This document shows positions 24,432 through 33,507 of a stretch of DNA of 34,832 nt, piece after piece. This stretch comes from Chloroflexota bacterium. GTDB lineage: Bacteria; Chloroflexota; Limnocylindria; Limnocylindrales; CSP1-4. The position numbers were made by a program, and so were the translations under genes. The notes under the pieces were generated by a model. That model was not told where the DNA came from, did no database searches, and was given only the letters and a program-made list of their open reading frames with translations. The stretch lies in NCBI GenBank assembly GCA_015661135.1, contig JACVXW010000001.1:1-34832 (forward strand), written 5' to 3'. The number at the start of each line of letters is the position of its first letter. Position 1 is the stretch's first letter.

Positions 24432-24791
24432 TCAGGCCGGGATGAACTCGTGGTCGTCGCGGTGGATGCCGTCGCAGAGACCCAACCCCGAGGCGCCGTC
24501 CGGCATCGGGACGGCGATCGGACGCATGATCTCGCGCACCTGGCCGCGCCGGCAGAAGAACCAGCCTCGACCGCTCATCCATGTTCGAACGTGCGACGCG
24601 TCGCGATGGAACTCGAAGGGTCCCGGGTTGATGTCCGGGCGGCCGGCCCAGGAGACCGGGGTCTCCGCTGCAACGGTGTCCAGGACGTTGACCCGCCACG
24701 GCGTCCCGTCGATGATCTCGAGGCAGCCGCCGCACCGCACGGCGACGTTGTCGCGGACGATCGTCGAAATCCGAACGCCCATGATCTCCAT
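24432..24791 (-). CDS. small hypothetical protein with CxxC motif
   Basis: MEIMGVRISTIVRDNVAVRCGGCLEIIDGTPWRV...FFCRRGQVREIMRP. It ends 22 nt upstream of the membrane protein gene. ATG 24827 is an alternative start. The track extension to 25544 crosses the tRNA and is rejected. Confidence 0.5.
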   Translation of the reverse strand: MEIMGVRISTIVRDNVAVRCGGCLEIIDGTPWRVNVLDTVAAETPVSWAGRPDINPGPFEFHRDASHVRTWMSGRGWFFCRRGQVREIMRPIAVPMPDGASGLGLCDGIHRDDHEFIPA

Positions 24792-25204
24792 CGCGGCGGA
24801 TGGTAGCAGGGCCGCGCGGTCGGCCATCGCGGGCCCTGAGGCGGCCTTGGTCAGACCCGAACGTAATTGCGGCCGCTCGCCCGCCACTCGCCACCCGGCG
24901 CTCGCCGCTCGCCGCTCGTCCGACTCCCGATGTCGTCGTGGGACGACAACCGGACCACGAGTGTCGCCAAACCGGCGGGAATCCGGGCCATGGACGTTGG
25001 AGTGTCGGCTGGAGACGACAGATCTGCCGTCAACTGGCCCCCCGCCGACGGAGCTGCCTGAAATGTGGTCGAGTTGTCGCCTGACGGCGACATCGAACGC
25101 ATGTCGGTGAGCTGACCGATCAGGCGCGCGGATGACGCCCTGTACACCACGTGTTGGGACTTGACCCTGCCACCTCGGCCCAACCTTCAAGGATGGACAT
25201 CGGG

Positions 25205-25281
25205 TGGTACCCCCAAGGGGATTCGAACCCCTGATCTCCACCTTGAAAGGGTGGCGTCCTGGGCCTCTAGACGATGGGGGC
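25205..25281 (-). tRNA. tRNA-Glu (anticodon UUC), CCA encoded
   Basis: The reverse strand reads GCCCCCATCGTCTAGAGGCCCAGGACGCCACCCTTTCAAGGTGGAGATCAGGGGTTCGAATCCCCTTGGGGGTACCA. It folds as a cloverleaf with anticodon loop CTTTCAA and is near-identical in its D and T arms to E. coli tRNA-Glu as I recall it. Confidence 0.95.
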
Positions 25282-25423
25282 CCGAAGCCGGCCGAGTGTA
25301 TCAGAGGGTCCGCCGCGGACTGTTCAGGCGGGCTGATCAGGGAGCGCCGCGGGGGCACGAGAGGGCGCCGCGGGGCACCGCGGGGGCACCACGCGGGCGC
25401 CGATCGAGGGGCGATCGTGGCGC

Positions 25424-25825
25424 TCAGCCGCTCCAGACGAGGGCGAGGATCAGGGCCCCGGCGAAGCAGCCGAGGGCGATGACGCCGGTGATCCCGCCCA
25501 GCACGGCGAAGACCAGGGTCCTGCCCTGGCCTCCGTCCTGCCACGCCCGGACCATGCGGACCGCCGCACCGACCGAGACGGCTGTGAACGCGAGCCCGAG
25601 GACCGCGGCACCGGAGGTGACCATCGGGATCTGGGCCAGGTCATCGACCATGAGGATCGCGTATGCGATGTAGCCGATGGACCCCAGGAGGGCGATCACG
25701 AGCACGAGACGTATCGGCGTGACCCGGACTGGACCGAGGAATGCGCCCGTACGGCCGCTGCTACCGCCCGCGCGGCGCCTCGTGACATGGGAGCGGTCGT
25801 CCATCCGCGGCGGCCTGGCGGTCAT
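25424..25825 (-). CDS. small integral membrane protein
   Basis: A basic N-terminus is followed by four hydrophobic helices (IRLVLVIALLGSIGYIAYAIL..., TSGAAVLGLAFTAVSVGAAV..., LVFAVLGGITGVIALGCFAGALILALV). The start could be ATG 25825 or 25804. Confidence 0.6.
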   Translation of the reverse strand: MTARPPRMDDRSHVTRRRAGGSSGRTGAFLGPVRVTPIRLVLVIALLGSIGYIAYAILMVDDLAQIPMVTSGAAVLGLAFTAVSVGAAVRMVRAWQDGGQGRTLVFAVLGGITGVIALGCFAGALILALVWSG

Positions 25826-25886
25826 TGTCGGCAGCGTAGCAGCCGACCCGGGCGCGGTCCCCGGCGGCGATCGGCGGGAGGCGCGG

Positions 25887-26528
25887 TCAGCCCGGCGCGA
25901 CCGCGGCGTCGTCGACCGCGGCGTCGCCACCCCGGGTTCGGTGATAGATCGCGACGTTGTAGGACAGCCGGGGCCGCTTGAGGGTCGCGGCGACCGCGGC
26001 TCCCGCGTCGCCGAATGCCTCGGTCAGGAACGCGAATGTCGCCTCGAGGTCGTCAAAGGTCCAGAAGCAGTGGAGGACGCGGACGCGGAACCCGCCGGCC
26101 AGGAACGGCCCGTTGCGATGGCTCCATGGGCCGTACTCGGGACGCTCGCCCATGATCCGCGAGACATCGTCGCGGCCGTAGTCGTGGACGATGAGCAGTC
26201 GCCCCCCGGGACGGAGCACGCGATCCGCTTCCGCGATCTCCGCCGCATCCACGCCGCGGAATGAAGACCAGACCCCTAGGACCACGTCGGCGGATTCATC
26301 CGGCAGGCTCGTCCGGAAGGGCGCCGGGTGCGCATCGTGGATAGTTCGCGCCCCGAGGCCGGAAAGGCCCGCCGCAATCGGAGATCCGGCGCCGTCGACC
26401 AGCAGGACGTCGCGGCCGGCAACGGGCCCGAGCGCGTCGAGCCCCCGAAGGACCTTGCCCTCGACATCCAGGGCGGAGGCCAATCGGGCCGCGAGCCCGG
26501 GTTCGAGCGGGAACGGCAGGTCCGACAC
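25887..26528 (-). CDS. methyltransferase-like protein (class I SAM-MTase fold, degenerate motif I)
   Basis: The sequence has VLLVDGAGSP, VVLGVWSSF and RVLRPGGRLLIVHDYG. The start is placed at GTG 26528, with a TATACT hexamer 9 nt upstream. The track extension to 26711 is Arg-rich and not protein-like. Confidence 0.65.
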   Translation of the reverse strand: MSDLPFPLEPGLAARLASALDVEGKVLRGLDALGPVAGRDVLLVDGAGSPIAAGLSGLGARTIHDAHPAPFRTSLPDESADVVLGVWSSFRGVDAAEIAEADRVLRPGGRLLIVHDYGRDDVSRIMGERPEYGPWSHRNGPFLAGGFRVRVLHCFWTFDDLEATFAFLTEAFGDAGAAVAATLKRPRLSYNVAIYHRTRGGDAAVDDAAVAPG

Positions 26529-26575
26529 GTGGACGGGAGTATAGGGCCGGCCGGTACGACGGCGGCCAAGGGTTC

Positions 26576-26962
26576 GTGCAGAATCGCGACATGCTCGCCG
26601 CCGTCCGGGCCATGCCCGGTCCCATCCGCCTGTTCCTCGCCTGCGCCCTCGTCCTGCTGGCCGGGATCGGCATCTCGCTGCGATACGTGATCGACCTCGC
26701 GATCGCCGCACCGGTCAGCCTGCCGGGCATCGTCGTCATGGCCCTCCTCGCGTACACCATCTTCACGGTCACGCTCGTGCTGCAACGCAAGGCTGCCGGC
26801 CGCTCGCTTGCACTCGGGCTCAGCTCACTCAGCGTTCCCCCGATCCTTTGGGCAGTCGTCCAAGGCCAGCCGATCGTCGCGATCTTCTTCTCGGCGCTGG
26901 CGTTGCTGCTGATCCGCGGCCTGCGGCGACCTGAGGTCGCGACCTACCTCTCCGAGCAGTGA
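26576..26962 (+). CDS. small integral membrane protein
   Basis: It has four hydrophobic helices. ATG 26591 is an alternative start. It is divergent from the methyltransferase-like gene. Confidence 0.6.
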   Translation: MQNRDMLAAVRAMPGPIRLFLACALVLLAGIGISLRYVIDLAIAAPVSLPGIVVMALLAYTIFTVTLVLQRKAAGRSLALGLSSLSVPPILWAVVQGQPIVAIFFSALALLLIRGLRRPEVATYLSEQ

Positions 26963-27081
26963 TCGAGCGGATCGAGGCGGGCCCTGCTCACGCGCGCGAG
27001 ACGGCGAGGCACGCTACCCTCTGCTGGCGCGCCGGGCCGGCTCGGTCCGCTGCACCCTGACCGAGTATCACGAGGCCACCC

Positions 27082-27828
27082 TTGACCAGCTCGTCTCGCC
27101 GAACGCCGCCCCCGACGAACCGCACCCGCAGCTCTCGCCTGCTCCGCACCGCCCCTGAGCGGCCATTTCTCGAACGCCACCGGAGCAAGCTGCTCTGGGG
27201 ACTCGCCGGCGCCGCCCTCATCGGCGTCGTGGCGATGGCGTTCCTCAACGCTACGTCGCCCGCCTATGCCTGCTCGACGGAGTGGGAGCCGGCACCAACT
27301 TCGGCTCCGGGGCCGGACGCGACACCACGGCTGGGGTACGTCCAGGACGACTTCGGGCAGGCCCACGTCACGATCGGATCATTCGTGAAGTACGTCCTCT
27401 GCCCGCCGGCGAGCGGCAAGCACTACAACGCCCAGAGTGAGGGCCCGGTTCGCCCGGGGGTGTACGGGCCGGACGATCAGGCGACGCCCATGGGCTGGAT
27501 CCACAACCTCGAGCACGGCGGGGTCGTCGTGCTGTACCGGTGTGCGGACGGCGACACGGGCTGCTCCGACGAAGCCCAGCAGGCCAACCGGGACCTGTTC
27601 GCCTCGTTCCCGAACAGCCCGATCTGCAACATGCCGGGCGCGTCCACGCTCGTCGTGGCGCGCTTCGACCAGATGGCCTGGCCGTATGCCGCCCTGGTCT
27701 GGGGCCAGGTGCTGCCGCTCGAATCGTTCGACGCCCAGCGGATTCGGGACTTCTACGCCCAGCAGGGAGAGCTGACGAACCCGGAGCCGTTCTGCCCCAA
27801 GCCCACGCCGACGCCCGCGCCGGCCTGA
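27082..27828 (+). CDS. DUF3105 domain-containing membrane-anchored protein
   Basis: An N-terminal TM anchor is followed by PPASGKHY...GWIHNLEHGGVVVLY...ARFDQMAWPYAALVWG, which I recognise as the DUF3105 signature. The start is TTG. Confidence 0.75.
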   Translation: MTSSSRRTPPPTNRTRSSRLLRTAPERPFLERHRSKLLWGLAGAALIGVVAMAFLNATSPAYACSTEWEPAPTSAPGPDATPRLGYVQDDFGQAHVTIGSFVKYVLCPPASGKHYNAQSEGPVRPGVYGPDDQATPMGWIHNLEHGGVVVLYRCADGDTGCSDEAQQANRDLFASFPNSPICNMPGASTLVVARFDQMAWPYAALVWGQVLPLESFDAQRIRDFYAQQGELTNPEPFCPKPTPTPAPA

Positions 27829-27844
27829 GAACCGGCACGGGCCC

Positions 27845-28810
27845 GTGCATCTCGTCGCCTTCCTCGCCGCAGACGGGCCGGCGATCGGGGTCCTGACCCC
27901 GGGTGACCGGGTGATCCGGCTGCGTTCGGTGGCCGGCGGACTCGATCTGGCGCTGGCCGAGGATCGCCTGTCGGACCTGCTCGCGGAGGCGGAGGCGAGC
28001 CTGCGCAGGGCCGGCGACCGGAAGGCGGGACCGCTCGAGGCCGCGGCGCGAGCGAACCTGGAACCGCTGCCGGCCGTGGAGTTCCCCGGCAAGATCGTCT
28101 GCGTGGGCCTCAACTACGCGGCTCACGTCCGCGAAGGGGGTCGGCCGGGCCGGTCGCGGCCGCTGTTGTTCGCGAAGTTCGCAAACACCGTGGTCGCGGA
28201 TGGAGAGCCGATCATCCGACCCGAGGGCACCCGGGCTCTCGATCTCGAGGTAGAACTTGGCGTCGTTGTCGGGAGGCGGGCGCGGCGTGTCACTGCCGAC
28301 CACGCCATGGACCACGTCGCCGGGTACATCGTCGTCAACGATGTCAGCGCTCGCGACTGGCAGGGCCTGCCGCCGGCGCTGCGGGACGGCGAGACCGGCG
28401 ACGGCCAGTGGCTCAGGGCCAAGGGCTCGGACACGTTTCTGCCGGTCGGTGCGGACTTCGTGACCGCCGACGAGATCGACCCGGCCGCCGGCCTGGCAAT
28501 CCGCAGCTGGCGGATCCCGGGCAGCGGCCCATCGGCCGGTGCGGCGTTGCCCATGCAGGACGGCACCACCGCGGACATGATCTGGCAGGTTCCGGCGCTC
28601 ATCGAGTTCATCAGCCGGCAGATCACCCTCGAGCCCGGTGACATCATTGCGACGGGCACCCCTGCCGGCGTCGGCGTCTATCGTGAGCCGCCGGTCTTCC
28701 TGGAGCCCGGGGACCGGGTCCGGTGCCAGATCGAGGGGATCGGTGCGCTGGAGAATCCCGTCATCGAGTGGTCAGATCCGGCCGCTGAACGCGAGGAGGG
28801 CGACTCGTAA
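27845..28810 (+). CDS. fumarylacetoacetate hydrolase (FAH) family protein
   Basis: The sequence has [40 protein letters not shown] and [13 protein letters not shown]. Its stop overlaps the tdh start as TAATG. Confidence 0.85.
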   Translation: MHLVAFLAADGPAIGVLTPGDRVIRLRSVAGGLDLALAEDRLSDLLAEAEASLRRAGDRKAGPLEAAARANLEPLPAVEFPGKIVCVGLNYAAHVREGGRPGRSRPLLFAKFANTVVADGEPIIRPEGTRALDLEVELGVVVGRRARRVTADHAMDHVAGYIVVNDVSARDWQGLPPALRDGETGDGQWLRAKGSDTFLPVGADFVTADEIDPAAGLAIRSWRIPGSGPSAGAALPMQDGTTADMIWQVPALIEFISRQITLEPGDIIATGTPAGVGVYREPPVFLEPGDRVRCQIEGIGALENPVIEWSDPAAEREEGDS

Positions 28811-29841
28811 TGCGCGCCATCGTGAAGCAACAGGCCGGTCCCGGGCTCGTCCTGACCGATGTCCCGGAGCCCGTGATCGGGATCAACGACGTCCTGGTCC
28901 GGGTCCGCAAGACCGGCATCTGCGGGACGGACCTCCATATCGAGGCATGGGACCCGTGGGCGGCGAGGACGATCCACGCTCCGCTCGTCGTCGGCCACGA
29001 GTTCGTCGGCGAGATCGTGGACGTCGGGAGCAACGTGACGGACTTTCAGGCCGGTGACCTCGTCAGCGGCGAGGGCCACGTCGTTTGCGGCCGGTGCCGC
29101 CACTGCCTCGCCGGGCGGCGGCACCTGTGCGCCAACACGATCGGACTCGGCGTCGGGCGGGACGGCGCGTTCGCCGAGTTCGTTGCCCTGCCGATGGCCA
29201 ACGTCTGGCATCACTGGCCGGGCGTGGACGAGGAGGTCGCCGCGATCTTCGACCCATTCGGCAACGCCGTCCACACGGCGCTCGCGTTCCCGGTGCTCGG
29301 CGAGGACGTCCTGGTGTCCGGGGCCGGGCCGATCGGGCTCATGGCGACGGCGGTGGCCCGTCACGCCGGAGCACGCCACATCGTGGTCTCCGAGCCGAAT
29401 GCCTACCGCCGCGCGCTGGCGACGCGCATGGGCGCAACGGTCGTGGTGGACCCACGGGAGCGCGATCTGCACGACGTCCAGGCGGAACTGGGCATGGTCG
29501 AGGGCTTCGATGTTGCGATGGAGATGTCGGGCAACGCCGCAGCCCTGCGGACGGCGATCTCGAACATGGCCCACGGCGGCGGAATCGCGATCCTCGGCAT
29601 CCCGACGGACGAGATCTCGATCGATGTCAACGAGATCGTCTTCAAGATGCTGACCCTGCGCGGGATTTACGGCCGGGAGATGTACGAGACCTGGTACAAG
29701 ATGACCGTCATGCTCCAGTCCGGGCTGGACATCAAGCCCGCGATCACCCACCGGTTCCCGTACCGGGACTTCGAGGCCGCCTTCGCGGCTGCCCGGTCCG
29801 GCGATTCCGGCAAGGTGATCATGGATTGGACGGCGCGCTGA
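28810..29841 (+). CDS. tdh: L-threonine 3-dehydrogenase
   Basis: [16 protein letters not shown], the structural-zinc cysteines [16 protein letters not shown] and the C-terminal GKVIMDW are all as in Tdh. A kbl gene follows immediately downstream. Confidence 0.9.
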   Translation: MRAIVKQQAGPGLVLTDVPEPVIGINDVLVRVRKTGICGTDLHIEAWDPWAARTIHAPLVVGHEFVGEIVDVGSNVTDFQAGDLVSGEGHVVCGRCRHCLAGRRHLCANTIGLGVGRDGAFAEFVALPMANVWHHWPGVDEEVAAIFDPFGNAVHTALAFPVLGEDVLVSGAGPIGLMATAVARHAGARHIVVSEPNAYRRALATRMGATVVVDPRERDLHDVQAELGMVEGFDVAMEMSGNAAALRTAISNMAHGGGIAILGIPTDEISIDVNEIVFKMLTLRGIYGREMYETWYKMTVMLQSGLDIKPAITHRFPYRDFEAAFAAARSGDSGKVIMDWTAR

Positions 29842-31067
29842 TGCGCACAGACCGCCCCGACCCGCTCGCGTTCCTCGACGCCGAGCTGAACGACATGCGA
29901 GCCCGGCACCTCTACCGCCCGCTCCGGGTGATGGCGTCGGAGCAGGGGCCGGTCGCGACGATCGACGGCCGTGAGGTCATCAGCCTGTCCTCGAACGACT
30001 ACCTCGGCCTGACCCATCATCCGCGCCTCAAGGCCGCCGCGGTCGAGGCCGTTCGGGAATACGGGGCCGGCTCGGGCGCGGTCCGGACGATTGCCGGGAC
30101 GATGTCCATCCACGAGGCCCTCGAGGCGGAGCTGGCGGCGTTCAAGGGGACCGAGGCGGTGCTCACGTTCCAGAGCGGCTTCACCGCCAACACCGGGGTC
30201 ATCCCGACGATCACCGGCGAGGCGGACCTGATCGTCTCGGATGCCCTCAACCACGCCTCGATCATCGATGGCATGCGGCTCTCGAAGGCGCCGCGCCGGG
30301 TATACGCCCATGCGAACGTGGGCGCCCTTGAGACCGTCCTCGCCGAGGCGGACGAGCGCGGCCGCCCGGACGGCGCCGGCCCGTACCGCCTGATCCTGAT
30401 CGTGACGGACGGTGTCTTCTCGATGGACGGGGACATCGCGCCACTGCCGGGGATCGTGGAGGTCGCGGAGCGGTACGGGGCGGCGGTCCTCGTAGACGAC
30501 GCCCATGGCTCGGGCGTGCTCGGGCGAAACGGGCGGGGCAGCGTGGACCACTTCGGGCTCCACGGCCGCGTCGCCATCCAGGTCGGGACCCTGTCCAAGG
30601 CCGTCGGGGTCCTCGGCGGCTACGTCGCTGGCTCGCATGCGCTCCGCGACATCCTCATCCAGCGAGCCCGGCCATTCCTATTCTCGACGTCCCACCCGCC
30701 CGCGGTCGTGGAGGCGTGCCGGGAGGCGCTCCGGGTCATGGACGAGGAGACCTGGCGAATTGAGCGCCTGTGGACCAGCGCGCGCCGGTTCAAGGCGGAG
30801 CTGGCGCGCCTCGGCTTTGACATCGGCCGGTCCGAAACGCCGATCACGCCGATCATCGTGGGCGATTCCGAGGCGGCGATCCGGTTTTCGGAGCGCCTGT
30901 TCGAGGAAGGCGTGTTCGCCACCTCCGTCGTCTTCCCGACCGTGCCCCTGGACCAGGCTCGCCTGCGAACGATCGTCACGGCGGCACTCACGGACGAGCA
31001 CCTGGACCGCGCACTCGACGCCTTCGCCCGCGTGGGCCGCGAGCTTGGCCTGATCGGCGCCCGATGA
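29841..31067 (+). CDS. kbl: glycine C-acetyltransferase (2-amino-3-ketobutyrate CoA ligase)
   Basis: The sequence has SNDYLGL, SGFTANTG, NHASIIDG, DDAHGSG and the PLP lysine in GTLSKAVG. The ATG overlaps the tdh stop by 1 nt. Confidence 0.9.
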   Translation: MRTDRPDPLAFLDAELNDMRARHLYRPLRVMASEQGPVATIDGREVISLSSNDYLGLTHHPRLKAAAVEAVREYGAGSGAVRTIAGTMSIHEALEAELAAFKGTEAVLTFQSGFTANTGVIPTITGEADLIVSDALNHASIIDGMRLSKAPRRVYAHANVGALETVLAEADERGRPDGAGPYRLILIVTDGVFSMDGDIAPLPGIVEVAERYGAAVLVDDAHGSGVLGRNGRGSVDHFGLHGRVAIQVGTLSKAVGVLGGYVAGSHALRDILIQRARPFLFSTSHPPAVVEACREALRVMDEETWRIERLWTSARRFKAELARLGFDIGRSETPITPIIVGDSEAAIRFSERLFEEGVFATSVVFPTVPLDQARLRTIVTAALTDEHLDRALDAFARVGRELGLIGAR

Positions 31068-31077
31068 TCGGCACGCG

Positions 31078-31992
31078 ATGATCGGTCGGGCGGACGCGGC
31101 GATGGATCGACGGGGGCGGGACCTGCCGCTCGACTCGCATCTCCACACGGACCAGTCCCCGGATGCCAACGTACCCGTGGATGTGTACGCGGCGCTGGCG
31201 CTCGAGCGTGGCATCACCGAGATCGCGATCACGGACCATGTCGACTTCGACGCGCGCGACCCGGCCTACGACTACGTCTCGTTCGAGGAGCGGGAGCGGA
31301 CGGTCCGGGACGCGGCCGAGCGCTGGGCGCCCCGCGGCGTCCAGATCCGGTTCGGGGCGGAACTGACGTACAACCGGTCCTGGGAGGACGAGCTCCGGGC
31401 CCATCTGCGCCGCCATCGGTACGACTTCACCATTGGTTCCGTTCACGACTGGCCGGACTCCCCGTACGTGCCGAGGCGGGTCCGGACATGGGCGACCGGC
31501 CGGCCGCTGGCGGAAGCCCTGGATCCGTACCTGACGGAGATCGCGGCCGCGGCCGGCACCGGCCTGTTTGACACGATCGGCCACCTCGACGTCGTTCGCC
31601 GGTACCTCCACGGCAGTTTCGCCGCGCCCGAGATCTTCGGCGCCGTGGAGCTGTTCGAACCGGCCCTTCGTGCCCTCGTCGATTCCGGGACCGCCCTGGA
31701 GGTGAACTCGAGCGGGTACCGTCACCGGGCCGGCGAGCCGTACCCGGGGCAGCCCCTCCTCGCGCGCTACCGGGAACTCGGCGGTGTACGTGTCACCGCA
31801 GGGTCGGACTCGCATGCAACGAGCCAGTTCGGATGGGCGCTTGAAGACGGCTACCGGGCGCTCGCCGACGCCGGTTTCACGACGCTCGCGTTCCGACGAG
31901 GGCCGGATTCGGTCACGGATCGGGTCGCCGTCGAGGTGCCGGCGCGATTCCGTCGGCAGGTCGGGCCGTCCCCATCGGTCAGTCTTGCCTAA
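31078..31992 (+). CDS. PHP-family histidinol-phosphatase-like hydrolase (HisJ family)
   Basis: DSHLHT, ITDHVD, GSVHD, GHLD, EVNSSG and GSDSH are the PHP metal-binding motifs. Confidence 0.8.
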   Translation: MIGRADAAMDRRGRDLPLDSHLHTDQSPDANVPVDVYAALALERGITEIAITDHVDFDARDPAYDYVSFEERERTVRDAAERWAPRGVQIRFGAELTYNRSWEDELRAHLRRHRYDFTIGSVHDWPDSPYVPRRVRTWATGRPLAEALDPYLTEIAAAAGTGLFDTIGHLDVVRRYLHGSFAAPEIFGAVELFEPALRALVDSGTALEVNSSGYRHRAGEPYPGQPLLARYRELGGVRVTAGSDSHATSQFGWALEDGYRALADAGFTTLAFRRGPDSVTDRVAVEVPARFRRQVGPSPSVSLA

Positions 31993-32013
31993 CAACGGAC
32001 GGGTTGGTTCGTT

Positions 32014-32613
32014 GTGAGGATGGACGACGAGGCGCTCGAGCGGCTCGTCCTGGAAGCAAAGGCGGGTGACCCCTGGGCTTTCGGGCGAATCTTCGATGCG
32101 TTCTACGAACCGCTGTATCGCTTTGTTGCCAACCGTGTCGACCGCCCGAGTGACGCGGAGGACCTGACGCAGCTCGTCTTCGTCAAGGCCCTGGAGGCGC
32201 TCCCGCGCTACGAGCAACGGGGCGTCCCCTTCGGGGGCTGGCTCTTCCGGCTGGCCCGGAACACGATCATCGACCACGCCCGGACACGCCACGTGCATGC
32301 CGATCTGGATGCCGCGGCATACCGGGCCTCGGAGCAGGCGGGGCCCGCTGAGGTGACCCTGCTCCGGCAGGACCTCGAAATGGTCGCCAGGGCACTGGCC
32401 GATCTGACGGACGAACAGCGCGAGGCAATCGAGCTTCGGTTCTTCGCCGGGCTCTCCGCCCGTGAGGCCGCCGAGGTGATGGGCAAACAGGAAGGCACCA
32501 TTCGGGGCCTTCAGTTTCGGGCGATCGCGGCCCTGCGGCGATCGCTGGGCCTGGACCTGGACCTGGGTCCGGACAACGACCGCGCCGGGGACGGCCCGGC
32601 CGGCCGGACATGA
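32014..32613 (+). CDS. ECF-type RNA polymerase sigma factor
   Basis: Region 2 reads FYEPLYRFVANRV...AEDLTQLVFVKALEAL...GWLFRLARNTIIDHAR. Region 4 reads LTDEQREAIELRFFAGLSAREAAEVMGKQEGTIRGLQFRAIAALR. Confidence 0.9.
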   Translation: MRMDDEALERLVLEAKAGDPWAFGRIFDAFYEPLYRFVANRVDRPSDAEDLTQLVFVKALEALPRYEQRGVPFGGWLFRLARNTIIDHARTRHVHADLDAAAYRASEQAGPAEVTLLRQDLEMVARALADLTDEQREAIELRFFAGLSAREAAEVMGKQEGTIRGLQFRAIAALRRSLGLDLDLGPDNDRAGDGPAGRT

Positions 32614-33395
32614 ACGAGGAGCGATTCGTGCACGAGGATCATCCGGGGGAGGAGGAACTGAGGCAGCGCCTCGAGGCGTATGCGTCCGTCCGCCTGACCC
32701 CGAGCCGGGTGGCGTCGGCGCGAATTCGGGCGGCCATCGTCGAGGAGGCGCGGATGCGCGCCCTGGAGTCGACGATGCACGGGTCGCAGCACCGGCATCG
32801 GTCCGGGCCCCGCCGCATGGCGGCCCTCCTCCTTGCGGCAGGTCTCACGCTGGCCAGCGCCGTCGCCGTCGCTGCCGGCTCCGCACCGGGCGGTCCCCTT
32901 TACGGGGCACGCGTCTGGCTGGAGACGGCCACGCTGCCGGCCGATGCGGATGCGCGTGCCCTCGAGCGCGTCCGCCAGATCGAGGAGCGCCTTGTGGACA
33001 CCGAACGCGCTGCGACAGCGGCTGACGACAACGGTGTGGCCGCTGCGGTCCAGGCATACGAGGCGGCGGTCCAATCGGCACTCGACGAGGCCGGCACGGA
33101 CACGACGAGACTTGAGCGCCTCAAGGCGGCCTTGGGCGTCCACGTGACGGTCCTGGAGACGCTCGTCCAGGACCTTCCGGCTGCAGCCCAGCACGGCATC
33201 GACCGGGCGATCGAGGCCAGCCAGAAAGCCGTCAACCGGATCGACGACACCCAGCCGTCTGGTGGCCCGGACCCCGCTGGCAACCAGCCGCCCGGCCAGT
33301 CCGGGAACCAGAACAAGCCTTCGAATCCGCCGGAGCACTCGATGGGTCCGGATCGGTCCGAGTCACCCGACGCGACGAACGGGGCGGCGCCCTAA
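32610..33395 (+). CDS. putative anti-sigma factor / DUF5667-like membrane protein
   Basis: The start overlaps the sigma stop as ATGA. It has a single TM helix (RMAALLLAAGLTLASAVAVAA), then PGGPLYGARVWLE and a helical domain, and ends in a Pro/Gly/Asn-rich tail. Confidence 0.6.
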   Translation: MNEERFVHEDHPGEEELRQRLEAYASVRLTPSRVASARIRAAIVEEARMRALESTMHGSQHRHRSGPRRMAALLLAAGLTLASAVAVAAGSAPGGPLYGARVWLETATLPADADARALERVRQIEERLVDTERAATAADDNGVAAAVQAYEAAVQSALDEAGTDTTRLERLKAALGVHVTVLETLVQDLPAAAQHGIDRAIEASQKAVNRIDDTQPSGGPDPAGNQPPGQSGNQNKPSNPPEHSMGPDRSESPDATNGAAP

Positions 33396-33507
33396 GAAGC
33401 CCGGAGGACTCCCAGGGCGGCAACGGCTCACGGCTGATGGCTCGCCGCAAGCCGGCGGCCGTGCGCTCGCGATACGCTGACTCGGTGAGACGATCCGGGT
33501 TCGGCCC

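Noticed and set aside
25141-25204. Second tRNA or tRNA-like element next to tRNA-Glu (minus strand GCCGAGGTGGCAGGGTCAAGTCCC)
   Set aside because: It superficially resembles class II D-arm and T-arm strings, but I could not build an acceptor stem, anticodon arm or 5-bp T stem.
24792-25423. Integrated mobile element at the tRNA-Glu locus
   Set aside because: There is no integrase, excisionase or transposase ORF. I could find no direct repeat of the tRNA 3-prime end. The flanking genes have the same high-GC composition as the rest of the window.
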